This document shows, piece after piece, positions 41,105 to 54,948 of a DNA stretch of 64,000 nucleotides (position 1 is the first letter of the stretch; each line of letters opens with the position of its first letter). Made by a program: the position numbers and the translations under genes. The stretch covers positions 128,001 through 192,000 of the forward strand of contig JBHGAY010000001.1 of assembly GCA_041946735.1 (NCBI GenBank), in the 5' to 3' direction. This DNA is from Candidatus Eiseniibacteriota bacterium (GTDB lineage: Bacteria > Eisenbacteria > RBG-16-71-46 > CAIMUX01 > VGJL01). The notes below the pieces were generated by a model. The model searched no databases. It was not told the origin of the DNA and saw only the letters and a program-made list of their open reading frames with translations.

Positions 41105-41632
41105 CTACGCTCCCCAGAGGTGCTCGGTGCCGACATTGCGGCCCATCAGCTTCAAGTAGTAGAAGAGCTGCCCCTTGTGCTGGGTGAGGTGGGCGACCAT
41201 ATGGCAGCAGTGCTCGAAGAGCGTCCGCTCCGGTCCTCCCCAGGGAGGAGCCATCTTCTTCGCCGTCAGATCGGACTCCCCGACCTCATCGAGCGACCGC
41301 AACGTGACAGCGCGGTCCGCCGCGAGGAGACGATGCGCCTCCTCGAGGCTCGAGACCGAGGGGAGCCGCTCCGCCGATGGCAGCATCTCCTCGGGCGGAA
41401 GGTCCTCGATTTTCCTCCCGTCCGGCATTCCCCAATCCCCCGTCACGAATCCGCGGATCGGTACGCCGCAGGCTTCCGTGCAGTGACGCAGCAGCTGCCC
41501 GACGGTCATCCAGTTCGCGCCGGCCGGCGGCTTCCACGAAAGGTCCGCCGGCTCGAGCATCGCGAAGAGACGGTCGGTGACGTCGTAGGCATCGGTCGCT
41601 TCGCGCTTCAGGAACTCTCGCGCTTGAATCAT
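41105..41632 (-). CDS. DinB family protein
   Basis: WKP...MTVGQLLRH...HLTQHKGQLFYYLKLMG. Confidence 0.9.
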   Translation of the reverse strand: MIQAREFLKREATDAYDVTDRLFAMLEPADLSWKPPAGANWMTVGQLLRHCTEACGVPIRGFVTGDWGMPDGRKIEDLPPEEMLPSAERLPSVSSLEEAHRLLAADRAVTLRSLDEVGESDLTAKKMAPPWGGPERTLFEHCCHMVAHLTQHKGQLFYYLKLMGRNVGTEHLWGA

Positions 41633-41764
41633 TCCTCGGCCTCCTCCCGGACCGCCTCCCCCGGCGGCCTCGTCCCGGCGAGCGATTCTACCGCATCTCG
41701 CCAGGCCTCGGGCGACCGGCGACTGGAGTCTACGGTTTCGCGGTCGGTTCGCGCGGCGATGAGT

Positions 41765-42916
41765 CTATCTCGGAGAGGGTTCCGAGGCGGAGAGGAGCGC
41801 GGGCCCGACGCGGAGGTACTGAACGCTGAACCAGCCGCGCTCGTCCGTCCACACGCGCTCCACCGTGAAGCCGGCGGCGCGCGCCTGGCGGGCGAATCCG
41901 TCGAGCGTGTACTTGTGCGAGTACTCGGTGCGGATCGATTCGCCGTCCCGGAAGTGGACGGTGCGCTCGCCGATCTCGATCGTCTGCTCGCCGTCGCTGA
42001 CCAGGTGCATCTCGATCCGCCCCTCGGCCTCGTCGTAGAAAGCTCGATGGCGGAAGCGGTCCGGATCGATCGTTACGCCGAGCTCGTCCCGCATGCGACG
42101 GAGGATGTTGCGATTGAACGCGGCGGTGACGCCCTGGGCGTCGTCGTAGGCGGGCTCGAGGATGGAGCGGTCTTTTCTGAGGTCGAGGCCAAGCAGCAGG
42201 CCGCCTCCCGGGCCGACGAGCCGCGCGATGTTCGAGAGAAGGGCGTGCGCCTCCTGAGGCGTGAAGTTCCCGAGCGTCGATCCGGGAAAGAAGACGGTTC
42301 GGCGGCTTTCGGGCGGAAGCCATGCGGGAAGGTCGAACGGGATGGTGTAGTCCGCGCAGAGGGGCGCGACGCGGAGCTTTCGATACCGTTCGCGCAGCTC
42401 CTCCATCGCCTCGGTCATGTGATCGCAGGAGATGTCGACGGGGACGTACGCGACCAGCTCGGCGGCCGCCTGATCGAGCAGGATTCGGGTCTTGCGTCCC
42501 GATCCGCTGCCGTACTCGATCAACAGTCCGCGCGGCCCGAGCAGCGATGCCATCTCGCCGGCGTGCCGCTCGAGAATCGAGATCTCCGTGCGCGTCGGAT
42601 AATACTCCGGCAGATCGGTGATCAGGTCGAACAGGCGCGAGCCTTCCGCGTCGTAGAAATACTTGCACAGAAGGGTCTTCGGATCGGACCCGAGGCCGTC
42701 GAGAACGTCGGCGAGGAATCTCTCGCGCGAGGAGCCTCCGGCAGGCCCGGCCGGCGGAGCGGGCGCCGAGTCCCCGGCGCGCGGCGACGCGGCTGCGCGC
42801 GGCAAAGGTCTCGCCGCGTGCGAAGGCGCCGCGGCCGCCGGCTCGGCGCGCCGTCCTTCCGGCGTGTCGTGATGCCGCGCGTCCAGGGGACGGCGCCAGC
42901 GCTTCTGCGCGCTCAC
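41765..42916 (-). CDS. egtD: L-histidine N-alpha-methyltransferase EgtD
   Basis: KYFYDAEGSRLF, PEYYPTRTE, IEYGSGSGRKT, FPGSTLGN, AYDDAQGVTAAFN, TEYSHKY; GTG overlapping the egtB stop. Confidence 0.95.
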   Translation of the reverse strand: MSAQKRWRRPLDARHHDTPEGRRAEPAAAAPSHAARPLPRAAASPRAGDSAPAPPAGPAGGSSRERFLADVLDGLGSDPKTLLCKYFYDAEGSRLFDLITDLPEYYPTRTEISILERHAGEMASLLGPRGLLIEYGSGSGRKTRILLDQAAAELVAYVPVDISCDHMTEAMEELRERYRKLRVAPLCADYTIPFDLPAWLPPESRRTVFFPGSTLGNFTPQEAHALLSNIARLVGPGGGLLLGLDLRKDRSILEPAYDDAQGVTAAFNRNILRRMRDELGVTIDPDRFRHRAFYDEAEGRIEMHLVSDGEQTIEIGERTVHFRDGESIRTEYSHKYTLDGFARQARAAGFTVERVWTDERGWFSVQYLRVGPALLSASEPSPR

Positions 42917-44232
42917 CGGCTCTCCGTCGCCAGGCGGATTCCGGTGAACTGCCACCGGGCCTCCGGGGGGAAGAAGTTGCGGTAGGTGGCTCGGATGTGG
43001 TCGCGGGGCGTGACGCAGGATCCGCCGCGGAGAACGTACTGGTTGCACATAAACTTTCCGTTGTATTCGCCCACCGCGTCAGGACTCGCGCGGAATCCCG
43101 GGTACGGAGAGTACGCGCTGGATGTCCATTCCCAGAGATCGCCGAACATTTGGACCGGCTCCGCTCCCGAACGTATCGGGGAGGCCGCCGGCGCGGGTAG
43201 CGGCCGCAGTTGATCGTCCTCGAGGAAATTGCCGGCCGGACGAAGGGGCGCTGCGATCGCCTCCCACTCCGCCTCGGTCGGCAGGCGCGCTCCCGCCCAG
43301 CGCGCGAAGGCGTCCGCCTCGAAGAAGCTGACATGCGAGACCGGTTCCTCGGGAAGGATCGGAAGCATGCCGTTCAAGGTCATCTGGCGCCAGGCGCCCT
43401 GGTCGTCCCGCTCCCAGTAGAGCGGGGCGCGAATCCCCCGCGAGCTGACGAAGTCCCATCCGAGCGAGAGCCAGAGATCGGCCCGCTCGTAACCTCCGTC
43501 TTCGAGGAAGGCGAGGTACTCCCGGCTGGTGACGAGACGCGAGCCGAGAGCGAACGGCTCGAGGAAGACTCGATGCGCCGGTCCCTCGTTGTCGAACGCG
43601 AAGCCGCCGCCGTCGTGGCCGATCCGGACCACGCCTCCGGGGTGCGAGACCCATTCCAGTTTCGCCGGCGTCGAGCCGCCGGCGGGCTTGACCGCCGAGA
43701 GAGCGTGCGGCTCGCGATAGGCCGGACGCAGCGGGCTCTTGCTGAAGAGGTGCTTCAGGTCGGTCAGGATCAGTTCCTGATGCTGCCTCTCGTGCTCGAT
43801 CCCGAGGCGGACGGTCCCCGCGATCGCCTCCCGTTTGTCGCCGTTCGCCCGGCCGAGCAGCGATTCCATCGCCTCGTCGACCTGGCTGCGATAGCGGTAG
43901 ACGTCCGGGACGGTCGGCCGGGTGAGCAGTCCCCGCTCGGGGCGCGGATGACGGGATCCGATACGCTCGTAGTACGAGTTGAACAGATAGGCGTAGGAGG
44001 GATGAGGGCTCGCGTAGCCATCCAGGAGCGGCAGGAGGAGGAACGTCTCGAAGAACCAGCTCGTGTGAGCCAGGTGCCATTTCGCCGGGCTCGCGTCGGG
44101 CATCGACTGGACGACGTAGTCCTCGATGGCGAGAGGTCGGCACAGCCGCTCCGTCCATGCGCGCGTCTCGCGATACAGATCGAGCAGGGCGTCGACGCGC
44201 TCCTCCGGATGGGCTCGAGCGGAACCGGACAT
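42913..44232 (-). CDS. egtB: ergothioneine sulfoxide synthase EgtB
   Basis: PDASPAKWHLAHTSWFFE, LFNSYY, HERQHQEL, FDNEGP, EYNGKFM, RNFF. Confidence 0.95.
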   Translation of the reverse strand: MSGSARAHPEERVDALLDLYRETRAWTERLCRPLAIEDYVVQSMPDASPAKWHLAHTSWFFETFLLLPLLDGYASPHPSYAYLFNSYYERIGSRHPRPERGLLTRPTVPDVYRYRSQVDEAMESLLGRANGDKREAIAGTVRLGIEHERQHQELILTDLKHLFSKSPLRPAYREPHALSAVKPAGGSTPAKLEWVSHPGGVVRIGHDGGGFAFDNEGPAHRVFLEPFALGSRLVTSREYLAFLEDGGYERADLWLSLGWDFVSSRGIRAPLYWERDDQGAWRQMTLNGMLPILPEEPVSHVSFFEADAFARWAGARLPTEAEWEAIAAPLRPAGNFLEDDQLRPLPAPAASPIRSGAEPVQMFGDLWEWTSSAYSPYPGFRASPDAVGEYNGKFMCNQYVLRGGSCVTPRDHIRATYRNFFPPEARWQFTGIRLATESR

Positions 44233-44375
44233 GGATCCTCCTCAGTCGCCATGACGCTCGCACCCGCCTGCGGCCTCACCGTGCTCCCGATCGGCGACCC
44301 GACCGGTCGAGTGTACAACCGCATGCCGGTCGAGGGGACGATTCCTCGAAGCCGCGCACGAAATCGAATGTGATA

Positions 44376-45437
44376 TTACGAACGCTTCATCTTTCCGGTG
44401 CCGGGCCTTGTCGTCGTCTGCACCCGGTCCCAAAGCGCGAGGCCGAGACCTCCGAGGATCGCCGCTGAAGAGGCGAGCAGGCGGACGCTCGGGCGCTCGG
44501 CGAGCAGCAGGACGCCGCCCGCGGCGGCGAGGACCGGAACGCTGAGCTGCACGGCGGCGGCCTGCATCGCGCGCAGGCCACGGAGCGCGGCATACCACGA
44601 CACGTATCCGAGGCCGGAGGCGAGCGCGCCCGACGCGGTCGCGAGCGCGATCCCGTCGAGATCGAAACGGAGGCGCGAAGCGAGCGGGACGCAGGCGGCC
44701 AGCACGAACGGGACAGAGCGGAGGAAGTTGCCGGCCGTCGCGCGGAGCGGCTCGGCGTTCCTCCTTCCGCGCAGCGAGTAGATTCCCCACGCGTGCCCCG
44801 CGATCGCCATGAGGACCGCGCCACCGAGCCGGGGCGCGCTGATCCCCGGCGAGACGAGATAGAGGAGACCCGCGGTCGCCGCGGCGAGCCCGACCCACTG
44901 CAGCCAGTGCGGCCGCTCTCCCGACAGGAGTCCCGCCGCGATCATCGTCACCTGGACGGCGCCGAAGAGGATGAGCGCTCCGGTGCCGACGGAAAGCGAG
45001 CGGTAGGCGAGGGAGAAAGCGAAGGCGTAGGCGAAGAGCAGCAGGCCGGAGATCCAGCTCGAGCCGGAGGGAGAGGCCGCCGCGCGGCTCGAGCGTCGGG
45101 AGCCGCCCGAAAGTCGGGAGCCGCCCGCGCGTCGGGAGCCGCGAGAGCTGCGCCCGAAAAGGAAGACGAGACCCCAGAGCGCGATCGTCCCCGACGCAAG
45201 CCGGACGGCGGTGAAGCCGGCCGGATCGATGCGGTCGAAGCGAAGCGCGAGGCGGCAGAGGATCGAGTTCGCGGCGAAGCCGATCATCGCGAGCGCGCCC
45301 GTGGCCAGAACCGCAAGGCGAGAGGGAGCGCCGAGCGGGGCGCTCACCGCCGAAGCGTCCGCTTCCCGCCCGGTCGGCGAGTGCCGCGACGGCCTCGACG
45401 GCCGGGAAGGACGCGGCTCAGTCCCGCCGCCAGCCAT
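44376..45437 (-). CDS. DMT/EamA family transporter
   Basis: FAANSILCRLAL, FTAVRLASG, GALILFGAVQVTM, SGLGYVSWY; start uncertain. Confidence 0.88.
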   Translation of the reverse strand: MAGGGTEPRPSRPSRPSRHSPTGREADASAVSAPLGAPSRLAVLATGALAMIGFAANSILCRLALRFDRIDPAGFTAVRLASGTIALWGLVFLFGRSSRGSRRAGGSRLSGGSRRSSRAAASPSGSSWISGLLLFAYAFAFSLAYRSLSVGTGALILFGAVQVTMIAAGLLSGERPHWLQWVGLAAATAGLLYLVSPGISAPRLGGAVLMAIAGHAWGIYSLRGRRNAEPLRATAGNFLRSVPFVLAACVPLASRLRFDLDGIALATASGALASGLGYVSWYAALRGLRAMQAAAVQLSVPVLAAAGGVLLLAERPSVRLLASSAAILGGLGLALWDRVQTTTRPGTGKMKRS

Positions 45438-45876
45438 CCGGAACGCGAACCGCGACGACGAGCGCCTCGGCTCGCACCTTCCCCCCCGAGCGGACCGTGC
45501 ATCGCAAGGTCGTGCGCGTTCCCTCGACTTCGTCGATGCGCGCCCGCAGCTCGATCGGCTGGTCGATCGGCGTCGGTCTCCGATACTCGACCTCGAGCCG
45601 GCGAGTGGCGTACCAGATCGCCGGGTCCGACCCGATCGGCCGCCCCTCGCGCCGGTACTCCCCCGCGATCGCCGTGCAGACAGAGTGGCAGTCGATCAGC
45701 GTCGCGAGGATCCCGCCGTTGACGTAGGACCGAGGGCCTGCCGAGTGGTGCGGCGAGGGATGGTAGGTGCAGATCGACTCCTCGCCGTCCCAGAAGGAGC
45801 GGATCTTCAATCCCGCGTCGTTCTGGACGCCGCATCCGAAGCAGAGGTTGTCGGGGATCAGATCCTGAAACGCCAT
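45418..45876 (-). CDS. PaaI family thioesterase
   Basis: NLCFGCG..N..GL, NGGILATLIDCH, VEYRRPTP. Confidence 0.9.
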   Translation of the reverse strand: MAFQDLIPDNLCFGCGVQNDAGLKIRSFWDGEESICTYHPSPHHSAGPRSYVNGGILATLIDCHSVCTAIAGEYRREGRPIGSDPAIWYATRRLEVEYRRPTPIDQPIELRARIDEVEGTRTTLRCTVRSGGKVRAEALVVAVRVPDGWRRD

Positions 45877-46219
45877 CTCGTGGCTCAACGGGGCCTCCCG
45901 TCCGGCCGAGGCTCGCACGGCGCGTGGATGGAGCGCGCCCGCCCTGCCTCCTGGGAGAGAGCCGGACGGCAGAGCATACCGTGCGCGGGGCCATCCGGCA
46001 TCCGGCGGCCCACACCGGCGGCTGCCGCCGCTCCCGGACGGAGGAGGCGCGGCACGGAGGAGATCGCCCGCTGCCGGGGGCAGCAGCTCAGTTCAGGCCT
46101 CGAAGACCGCGCCGCCTCGCGTACCATCCGGAGGCTGCGGCGCGCACGCGCGACCCGGCCGGACGGCCGGGAGACGGTCCGAAGACGGCCTGAAGACCGC
46201 GCGAAGGAGAGGGCGGAGC

Positions 46220-46618
46220 ATGACCGAGAGCGAGATCCGGCTCTTCTACGACGACCTGATGGCGGGCCGGGCCGATCGGATCGCCGAGAGGCTCGACGAG
46301 CACGTGATCCTGGAGTTCCCCGGACGGCGTTTCGGGGGCCGGTATGCCGGGAGGCGCGCCGTCCTGGTCTTCCTCAAGCAGAACCAGCGGCTGTTCCGCG
46401 GAGGGCTGCGCTTCGACGTCGAATGGGCGGCCGTGGCCGGCGACCGCGCCGTCGCCCAGTGGAGCAACGAGGGGACCACGCGGGCAGGCGAGGCGTACCG
46501 CAATCGAGGAGTGACCGTCTTCCGGTTCCGGGGCGAGTCGATCGTCGAGATCCAGGACTACCTGGACACCGAGGCGATCGCGGAAACCTGGCCGGGCCGA
46601 GAGGGGACGACGACGTGA
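46220..46618 (+). CDS. SnoaL-like / NTF2 family protein
   Basis: YRNRGVTVFRFRGESIVEIQDYLDT. Confidence 0.85.
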   Translation: MTESEIRLFYDDLMAGRADRIAERLDEHVILEFPGRRFGGRYAGRRAVLVFLKQNQRLFRGGLRFDVEWAAVAGDRAVAQWSNEGTTRAGEAYRNRGVTVFRFRGESIVEIQDYLDTEAIAETWPGREGTTT

Positions 46619-47565
46619 GCGCGCCGGAGAGACCTCCGGAGCCGCCTGCTGCGCGTCCGATCGCCCCGCCGCCGGGAGTCGACCGGTCCGGCGAACGCCT
46701 CTTCCCCTTCCTGCCGGACGGCATCTTCGCCGGACGATCCGCGCTCGTGACGGGAGGCGGGACCGGGCTCGGCCTCGCCGTCTCGACCCGTCTCGGACGT
46801 CTCGGCGCGCGCGTCGCCTGCGCAAGCCGGGATCCGCGACGCCATGAGCGGTTGATCCAGACCGGATCCGAGGAAGGATTCGAGGTCCTGAGTTTTGCCT
46901 GCGACGTCCGGGATCCGCATGCGGTGCGGCGAGCCGTCCGGGCGACGGTCACCGCGTTCGGCGGCTTGGATGTGCTCGTGAACAACGCGGCGGGCAACTT
47001 CGTGCGTCCGGCCCTCGCGCTGGCGCCGAAGGCCTTCGCCAGCGTGATCGACGTCGCGTTGAACGGCGTCTTCTACGTCTCTCGCGAGGCGGCCCTCGTG
47101 ATGCGGGAGCGGGGCGGCGGCGCGATCGTGAACGTGTCCGCCCCCTACGCCAGGGACGGCAAGCCGGGCGTCGTGCACTCCGCATGCGCGAAGGCTGGAG
47201 TGGAAACGATGACGCGGACGCTCGCAGCGGAATGGGCTCCCCACGGGATTCGCGTGAACGCGGTCTCGCCCGGGCCGTTCGCGAGCCGGGGCGCCGCGGA
47301 CCGGCTCTGGCCTTCGATCGAGCACGAGGAGGAAGTCCGAAGGAAGATCCCCTCGGGCCGGTTCGGCGCGCCCGAAGAGATCGCGGAGCTGGTCTGCTTC
47401 CTCGCTTCCCCCGCAGCGGGCTGGATCATGGGCGCCGTGCTTCTCGCGGACGGCGGCTTCAGCCTTCCGGCTCCGCTGCTCGAAGGCGCGACGGAACGCG
47501 GGATCGCGAGGCGGCGTGGCGCGGCGGACGCCGCGGGAAAGCCGGAGGAGCCCGCGGGGGGATGA
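46615..47565 (+). CDS. SDR oxidoreductase (2,4-dienoyl-CoA reductase-like)
   Basis: TGGGTGLG, NNAAGNF, HSACAKAGV, IRVNAVSPGP; GTG overlapping the previous TGA. Confidence 0.9.
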   Translation: MSAPERPPEPPAARPIAPPPGVDRSGERLFPFLPDGIFAGRSALVTGGGTGLGLAVSTRLGRLGARVACASRDPRRHERLIQTGSEEGFEVLSFACDVRDPHAVRRAVRATVTAFGGLDVLVNNAAGNFVRPALALAPKAFASVIDVALNGVFYVSREAALVMRERGGGAIVNVSAPYARDGKPGVVHSACAKAGVETMTRTLAAEWAPHGIRVNAVSPGPFASRGAADRLWPSIEHEEEVRRKIPSGRFGAPEEIAELVCFLASPAAGWIMGAVLLADGGFSLPAPLLEGATERGIARRRGAADAAGKPEEPAGG

Positions 47566-47589
47566 CCGGCCGGCGGCGGGGGCCGGCCG

Positions 47590-47898
47590 CTACGTCCGCG
47601 ATCTCTTGCGGATCTCCCCTTCGACCTCCTCGGCTCCTTTTGCGTAGAGCCGCTTCTCGTCGGGCGCGAGCTCCTCGAGCAAGCGCAGGAACTCGCCCGC
47701 GTGCACCCTCTCCTCGTCGGCGATCTCCTGCAGCACGGTCGCGGTCAACGCATGGTCCGTCGACTCCGCGAGCTGCATGTAGAGCTGCACCGCCTCGTAC
47801 TCCGCGGCGATCAGGAAGCGGATCGCCCGCACCAGCTCCTCGTGCGTGAGCGTCCGCTCGCTGCTCAGCCCCGCGAACGGGGTCGCGAACTCCGGCAT
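47590..47898 (-). CDS. small ferritin-like (rubrerythrin / encapsulated-ferritin-type) protein
   Basis: AIRFLIAAEYEAVQLY...IADEERVHAGEF di-iron motifs, 102 aa. Confidence 0.88.
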   Translation of the reverse strand: MPEFATPFAGLSSERTLTHEELVRAIRFLIAAEYEAVQLYMQLAESTDHALTATVLQEIADEERVHAGEFLRLLEELAPDEKRLYAKGAEEVEGEIRKRSRT

Positions 47899-47997
47899 CC
47901 TCGTTCCTCCTTCTTTCGGAAAGGCCGACCGAACATGGACGGCACCTCGCGGGCCCGGTGGATGGCCCGCACCGAGGGTAGGGAGGAGGGACGAGCT

Positions 47998-48125
47998 GCC
48001 GCAAGCGGAACGGGCCCGCGGGAGATGCGGGAAGGCCGCCGCACGCGGATCGAGCCGGGGGCGGGAGATGCGGGAAGGGCCGCCGCAAGCGGATCGAGCC
48101 GGGGGCGTGAGACGCGGGAAGGGCC
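47998..48125. repeat. three intergenic tandem repeats of 40-44 bp
   Basis: gccgca(a/c)gcgga...gaga(t/c)gcgggaag(g)gcc at 47998, 48038 and 48082. Confidence 0.85.
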
Positions 48126-48135
48126 TCCGCGCTTC

Positions 48136-48543
48136 TCAGGTCAGGAACGTGGCGACGCCGATCTTGCCGGAGAGGCGTCCGTGGCGCTCCCCATTGCGTC
48201 CGAGGAACAGGTTCAGCGCAACCACCCGCCCGCTTCCTTCCGTCACGCGCGTCGCATGCCGGACCCCCGGCTCCACGGAGATCATCTCCCCGCGGCTCAC
48301 CGTCATCCGGTCCTCGCCAATGTGGAACTCCAAGGCGCCTTCCTCGACGATCGTCACCTGCTCCTGCGGGTGGAAATGCTCGGGATAGTCGGCCCCTTCA
48401 CGATAGACGCAGCGGACGGCGGTGATCCGGCCGAGCTGCGCGACCTGCTGCTCCAGATAGCGCTGCGCCTCGCTCGCTTCGAGGTCCTTCCAGCTTCCGA
48501 CGGTGAACCGACCGGGCGACGTCCGGTTTCCGATGCGACCCAC
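48136..48543 (-). CDS. cupin domain protein
   Basis: PEHFHPQEQVTIVEEG...VEPGVRH; GTG start. Confidence 0.85.
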   Translation of the reverse strand: MGRIGNRTSPGRFTVGSWKDLEASEAQRYLEQQVAQLGRITAVRCVYREGADYPEHFHPQEQVTIVEEGALEFHIGEDRMTVSRGEMISVEPGVRHATRVTEGSGRVVALNLFLGRNGERHGRLSGKIGVATFLT

Positions 48544-48698
48544 GTGTGCCCCCTTGCTCCCAGCCTCGCGGAGATTCCGCTGCCTCGCTCCATGCCGATG
48601 CCTGCTCGACCCGCTGGGGGCCGCGAATCTCGGCGCAAGTCCCTCGTGAATGACGCCGGGGAGACGCTGCGGCGCCCGGGATCCGGCCCCCGGGCCTG

Positions 48699-49673
48699 TT
48701 ATCGGCGGCGGGAGTGGGCGGCTGAAGGGGTCGCCCGCTTGGCGCGCGGCGGGGCGGCCTTTGCAGGATCGACCGCGCTGGATTCCGCGTCGTCGAGGCT
48801 CGAAGCCTCTCGATTTGCAGGACCGTCCGCGATCCCGGCGCCGTTCGCGGGGACGGATCCGGGCGCGGGGACCGGTCCCGCCGCGGGAACGGATCCGGCC
48901 GCGCTCGCCGTCGTTGCGGCCGCGCGCTGCGCCACCGCCTCGACGGCGGCCTCCAGCTCGGGGAAGCTGCGGGCGAAGGCGTCGGGCATCTGAGCGTCGC
49001 AGGCGGGGGCTATGCGGCAGATGCTCGCGCGGAGCTGGCTGGCGAAGTAGAGCTTCTCGTATTCCCCGAACGGCTCGTACCCCTTCAGCTCGTGAGGGAG
49101 CTGGAAGAGGATCGTCCAGAGCCCGACGGCGCGCGCCGGCGCGATGTCGTTGTCGGGGCGGTCCCCGATCATCACCGCTTCGTGCGGCGCGCAGCGTGCC
49201 TGCTCGCAGGCCCAGCGGTAGAGAGAGGTGTCCGGTTTGCGGATGCCGACCTGCTCGCTCACTGCGTACACTTCGATGCGCTCTCCGAGACCGGCCTCGC
49301 GGAGGGCAGGAATCACTTCCCGGAGCTGGTTCGCCACCACACCGATCCGGTAGCGGCTCGCGAGGCGCTCGAGCAGCTCGGGCGCTCCGGGGAGCACCTC
49401 GTGGCATCCCATGTAGTCGTTGCGGATCTTGCGGGCGCAGCGCTCCATGAGGCGCCGGTGCCCGCCGTCCCCGAGGTACTTCTTCCCGAGGATTCCCCAG
49501 TGTTCCGGCCCGCGCTCGCGAATCAACGCCTCGCGCTCCTCGAGGAGGCGCGCGAAGGGGATCCGGTAGCCGGTCTGGCAGATCATCCGATGCAGCTCGC
49601 GATAGAGAAGCGCCATCGCCGGGTCGTCGTTCATCAGCACGTTGCCGATGTCGAGAAAGACCCAACGCAGCAT
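48699..49673 (-). CDS. HAD family hydrolase
   Basis: FLDIGNVL, RKPD, MIGDRPDNDI; low-complexity tail. Confidence 0.88.
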   Translation of the reverse strand: MLRWVFLDIGNVLMNDDPAMALLYRELHRMICQTGYRIPFARLLEEREALIRERGPEHWGILGKKYLGDGGHRRLMERCARKIRNDYMGCHEVLPGAPELLERLASRYRIGVVANQLREVIPALREAGLGERIEVYAVSEQVGIRKPDTSLYRWACEQARCAPHEAVMIGDRPDNDIAPARAVGLWTILFQLPHELKGYEPFGEYEKLYFASQLRASICRIAPACDAQMPDAFARSFPELEAAVEAVAQRAAATTASAAGSVPAAGPVPAPGSVPANGAGIADGPANREASSLDDAESSAVDPAKAAPPRAKRATPSAAHSRRR

Positions 49674-49692
49674 CGTCTCTCCTTCCTCCTCG

Positions 49693-51167
49693 CTACCGGG
49701 CTGCCAGGACGGAGTCCCGCGCCCACGCGAGCAGCGTCGGAACGCCGGGGAGGATCCCGTCCGGACCGAAGCCGGCCCACAGCACGGCGAGCGCGCAGAC
49801 GCCGACGACGGCCGCGGGGATCCACGCGCGAGGCGCGGTCACCTTGCCGGTGTCGGGGCGCATGTAGAGCGTCACGAGCAGGCGCAGGTAGTATGCGACC
49901 GAGAGAGCGCTGTTCAGCACGGCGATCACGACGATCGGGATGCGCCCGTGCTCGACCGCGTTCGCGAAGATCGCGTACTTCCCGAAGAACCCGGCCGTCG
50001 GAGGGATTCCGGCAAGGGAGATCATGAAGAGGCTCATCGCGATCCCCGCCGCCGGGTAGCGCCAGCCCAGCCCGGCGTAGTCCCCCATGTCGAGGTGCTC
50101 GTTCCCCTTCTCGCCCCATACGATGACCACCGCGAACGCTCCGATCGTCATGAATGTGTAGGCGAGCAGGTAATAGAGGATCCCCGTGACGGCCTGCGGG
50201 TCTCCCGTTCCCAGGAATACGGTCACGCCGACAAGAATGTACCCGGCGTGCGCGATCGAGGAATAGGCGAGCATTCGTTTGACGTTCGACTGTGTCAGGG
50301 CGGCGAGATTGCCGACCGACATGGTGAGGACCGCCAGCCAGAAGAATAACTTCTCCGCGGACACCGTGGAGAGGGCGGGCGCGCGGAGCGAGACGACCCG
50401 CAGCAGGGCGCCGAACGCCGCTACCTTGACCGCGGTGGCCATGAACGCCGTCACCGTCGTCGGAGCCCCTTCGTACACGTCGGGGGCCCACATGTGGAAC
50501 GGGACGGAAGCGACCTTGAAGAGGAACCCGGACAGCAGCAGCACGGATCCGGCGGCAAGCAGCCCCGGCCAGGGCGAACCGGCGGCCGCGATCTCCCGGA
50601 GGTCCGTCGTGCCGCTCGCGCCGTAGAGCAGCGCGATCCCGAGCAGGAACGCCGCGCTCGAAAACGAGCCGAGCAGGAAGTACTTCAGCCCCGCCTCGCT
50701 GCTCTTCACGTCGCTCCGGACATAGGCGGAAAGGATGTAGATCGGGATCGAGAGCAGCTCGAGCCCGAGGAAGAGCATCAGCAGGTCGGTCGTCGAGGCG
50801 AAAAGAACCATCCCCGAAGCGGAGAAGAGCAGCAGCGCGTAGAACTCGCCGCGCGGGCGTCCGATCCGGGCCAGGTAGGAGTCGGAGAGCGCGACGGTGA
50901 GGAGCGCCGCCACGCAGACCAGGCTCGCGACGAAGAGGGCGAACGGGTCGGCGACGGCGAGACGGTCGAGCGGTCCGCCGGCCGGAGGGTTCTGGAACAG
51001 CGCGAGGATCGACCCGAGAGCGGCCGCGAGCAGGATCGCGGCGGGCACCGCCCAAGGGATCCGGGGGCGCCGTCCCGCGATCGTATCGATCAGGACGAGG
51101 AGCAGCCCTCCACCGGCCAGGAGGAGGAACGGCGTCAAGGAAGCCAGATCGGCGAACGTGCGCGGCA

Positions 51168-51171
<4 letters not shown>
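49693..51171 (-). CDS. nuoN: NADH-quinone oxidoreductase subunit N
   Basis: EAGLKYFLLG, FKVASVPFHMWAPDVYEGAPT, KRMLAYSSIAHAGY. Confidence 0.96.
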
Positions 51172-52829
<1,658 letters not shown>

Positions 52830-52859
52830 GGCGCCTCTCTTCCCTTCCCTTTCCTTGCC

Positions 52860-54935
<2,076 letters not shown>

Positions 54936-54948
54936 AGCCTGCTTCCCC

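Noticed and set aside
41765..44232. Selenoneine (senABC) cluster, prompted by the nearby putative selenoprotein
   Set aside because: No SenB glycosyltransferase or SelD/SenC gene is adjacent, and the motifs and egtD linkage fit ordinary EgtB.
28180..48125. Repeat clusters at 28180, 30750 and 47998 as CRISPR arrays
   Set aside because: Units are directly adjacent with no unique spacers, and no cas genes are present.
48485..48510. FTVGSWK in the cupin N terminus resembling the encapsulin targeting peptide LTVGSL
   Set aside because: Short imperfect match and no encapsulin gene in the window; probably chance.
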